Assembly: GCA_046730955.1 (NCBI GenBank)
Contig: JBKPKE010000038.1
Coordinates: forward strand, 1 to 50,203
DNA from: Pseudomonadota bacterium
GTDB taxonomy: Bacteria; Pseudomonadota; Alphaproteobacteria; Sphingomonadales; Sphingomonadaceae
Direction: 5' to 3'
Length of the DNA: 50,203 nucleotides
This document shows, in pieces, positions 49,171 to 50,203 of the stretch. Made by a program: the position numbers and the translations under genes. Each line of letters begins with the position of its first letter. The first letter of the stretch is position 1. Below the pieces are notes generated by a model, which saw only the letters and a list, made by a program, of their open reading frames with translations, did no database searches and had not been told where the DNA came from.

Positions 49171-50203
49171 GCGGCCTTCGCTTCGTCCACAGTCGGATAG
49201 TCGGTGTAGCCGGCAGACCCGCCCGAATAGAAAGTGCTCGGGTCGCCCGGGCTGAGCGGCGCCCCGGCGGCGAGGCGGCGAACGAGATCCGGGTTCGATA
49301 TGAATGGCCGGCCGAAGCTGATGCCGTCGGCGATACCTTCTGCCATGCGCTCGCGGGCGCTCGGCCCGTCATAATCGCTGTTGAGCAGGATCTTGCCTGA
49401 ATAAAGCGGGCGCATCGCCGGGCTCACGGGCTCGGTCGGGATGGAGCCGGCTGATGTCGGTTGGTGCGCCTCGCGAAGTTCGATCCAAGGTACCCTCAGC
49501 TCTTCCAGTTCTTCGGCGACTGCCTTGAACAAAGCGAGCGGATCGCAGTCGTCGACGCCCTGGACGAGGATGTTGGTCGAGAAGCGGATGCCAACGCGAT
49601 CCATGCCGATAGCGCCGCCCACCGCCTGGAGAACCTCCGTCATGAACCGCAGCCGGTTCTCGATCGAGCTGCCGTACTGGTCCGTGCGGAAGTTCGCCCC
49701 GTTGCGCAGGAATTGATCGACCAGATAGCCGTTGGCGCCATGGATCTGGACGCCGTCGAACCCGGCGTCGATCGCGTTGCGCGCCGCCGCGGCATAGTCG
49801 CCGATGATCCGTTGGATGTCCGGATAAGTTGCGGAACGAGCGGTGACGTATGGCTTCTTGCCCTCATAAGTATGCGCATAGTCCGGCGCAGTCGTTGCGG
49901 AGGAGCTCACAGGCTGACCTTCACCCAAATCGGGGTGAACCAGGCGGCCCATGTGCCATAGCTGCGCGACGATCCGTCCGTCCGCTTTGTGGACGCCATC
50001 GGTAACGAGCTTCCAGCCAGCGACCTGCGCTTGGTTCCACAGGCCGGGCGCATCGGGCCAGCCGAGTCCCTCGCGGCTGATGCCCGTCGCTTCCGAGATG
50101 ATCAGGCCAGCGCTCGCGCGCTGCGCATAATATTCGGCCATGAGTTCGTTGGGGATGCCTTCGCGGTCGGCCCGGGCGCGCGTCAGCGGCGCCATGGCAA
50201 TCC
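49167..50203 (-). CDS. Old yellow enzyme family alkene reductase (5' end outside the window)
   Basis: [34 protein letters not shown] and [11 protein letters not shown] motifs. Confidence 0.93.
   Translation of the reverse strand, partial: IAMAPLTRARADREGIPNELMAEYYAQRASAGLIISEATGISREGLGWPDAPGLWNQAQVAGWKLVTDGVHKADGRIVAQLWHMGRLVHPDLGEGQPVSSSATTAPDYAHTYEGKKPYVTARSATYPDIQRIIGDYAAAARNAIDAGFDGVQIHGANGYLVDQFLRNGANFRTDQYGSSIENRLRFMTEVLQAVGGAIGMDRVGIRFSTNILVQGVDDCDPLALFKAVAEELEELRVPWIELREAHQPTSAGSIPTEPVSPAMRPLYSGKILLNSDYDGPSARERMAEGIADGISFGRPFISNPDLVRRLAAGAPLSPGDPSTFYSGGSAGYTDYPTVDEAKAA

Overview
High-GC alphaproteobacterial chromosome segment, most likely Sphingomonadaceae (Sphingomonas-like), spanning the replication origin. 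Left arm (minus strand): hemE-hemJ, rho, two tandem TerC-family genes, then mnmE-mnmG-rsmG-parA-parB with three parS sites. The oriC candidate lies between hemE and maf. Right arm: maf-coaE-dnaQ, hpf-ptsN, a cell-wall hydrolase, mmcB, PBP1A, a DUF4402/chaperone/usher-like surface-fibre locus next to tRNA-Leu(GAG), zitP/ftsEX, pheST, an ScfR-aceA-DUF4170-aceB glyoxylate block, rpmI-rplT, prs, nadE, gltX, the riboflavin genes and a partial old-yellow-enzyme gene. I found no mobile elements, CRISPR or rRNA. Four observations stand out. (1) RibB(X) carries an N-terminal XRE/Cro-type helix-turn-helix and has a perfect 18-bp palindrome in its own promoter, suggesting a self-regulating riboflavin enzyme. 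(2) An uncharacterised DUF4402 chaperone-usher-like fibre system has CtrA-like boxes and a possible mini-subunit beyond the tRNA. (3) A structured RNA/uORF leader precedes a small acidic lipoprotein. (4) A 16-codon ORF, coupled at both ends, sits where aroE usually lies. All calls come from reading motifs by eye; no database searches were run.
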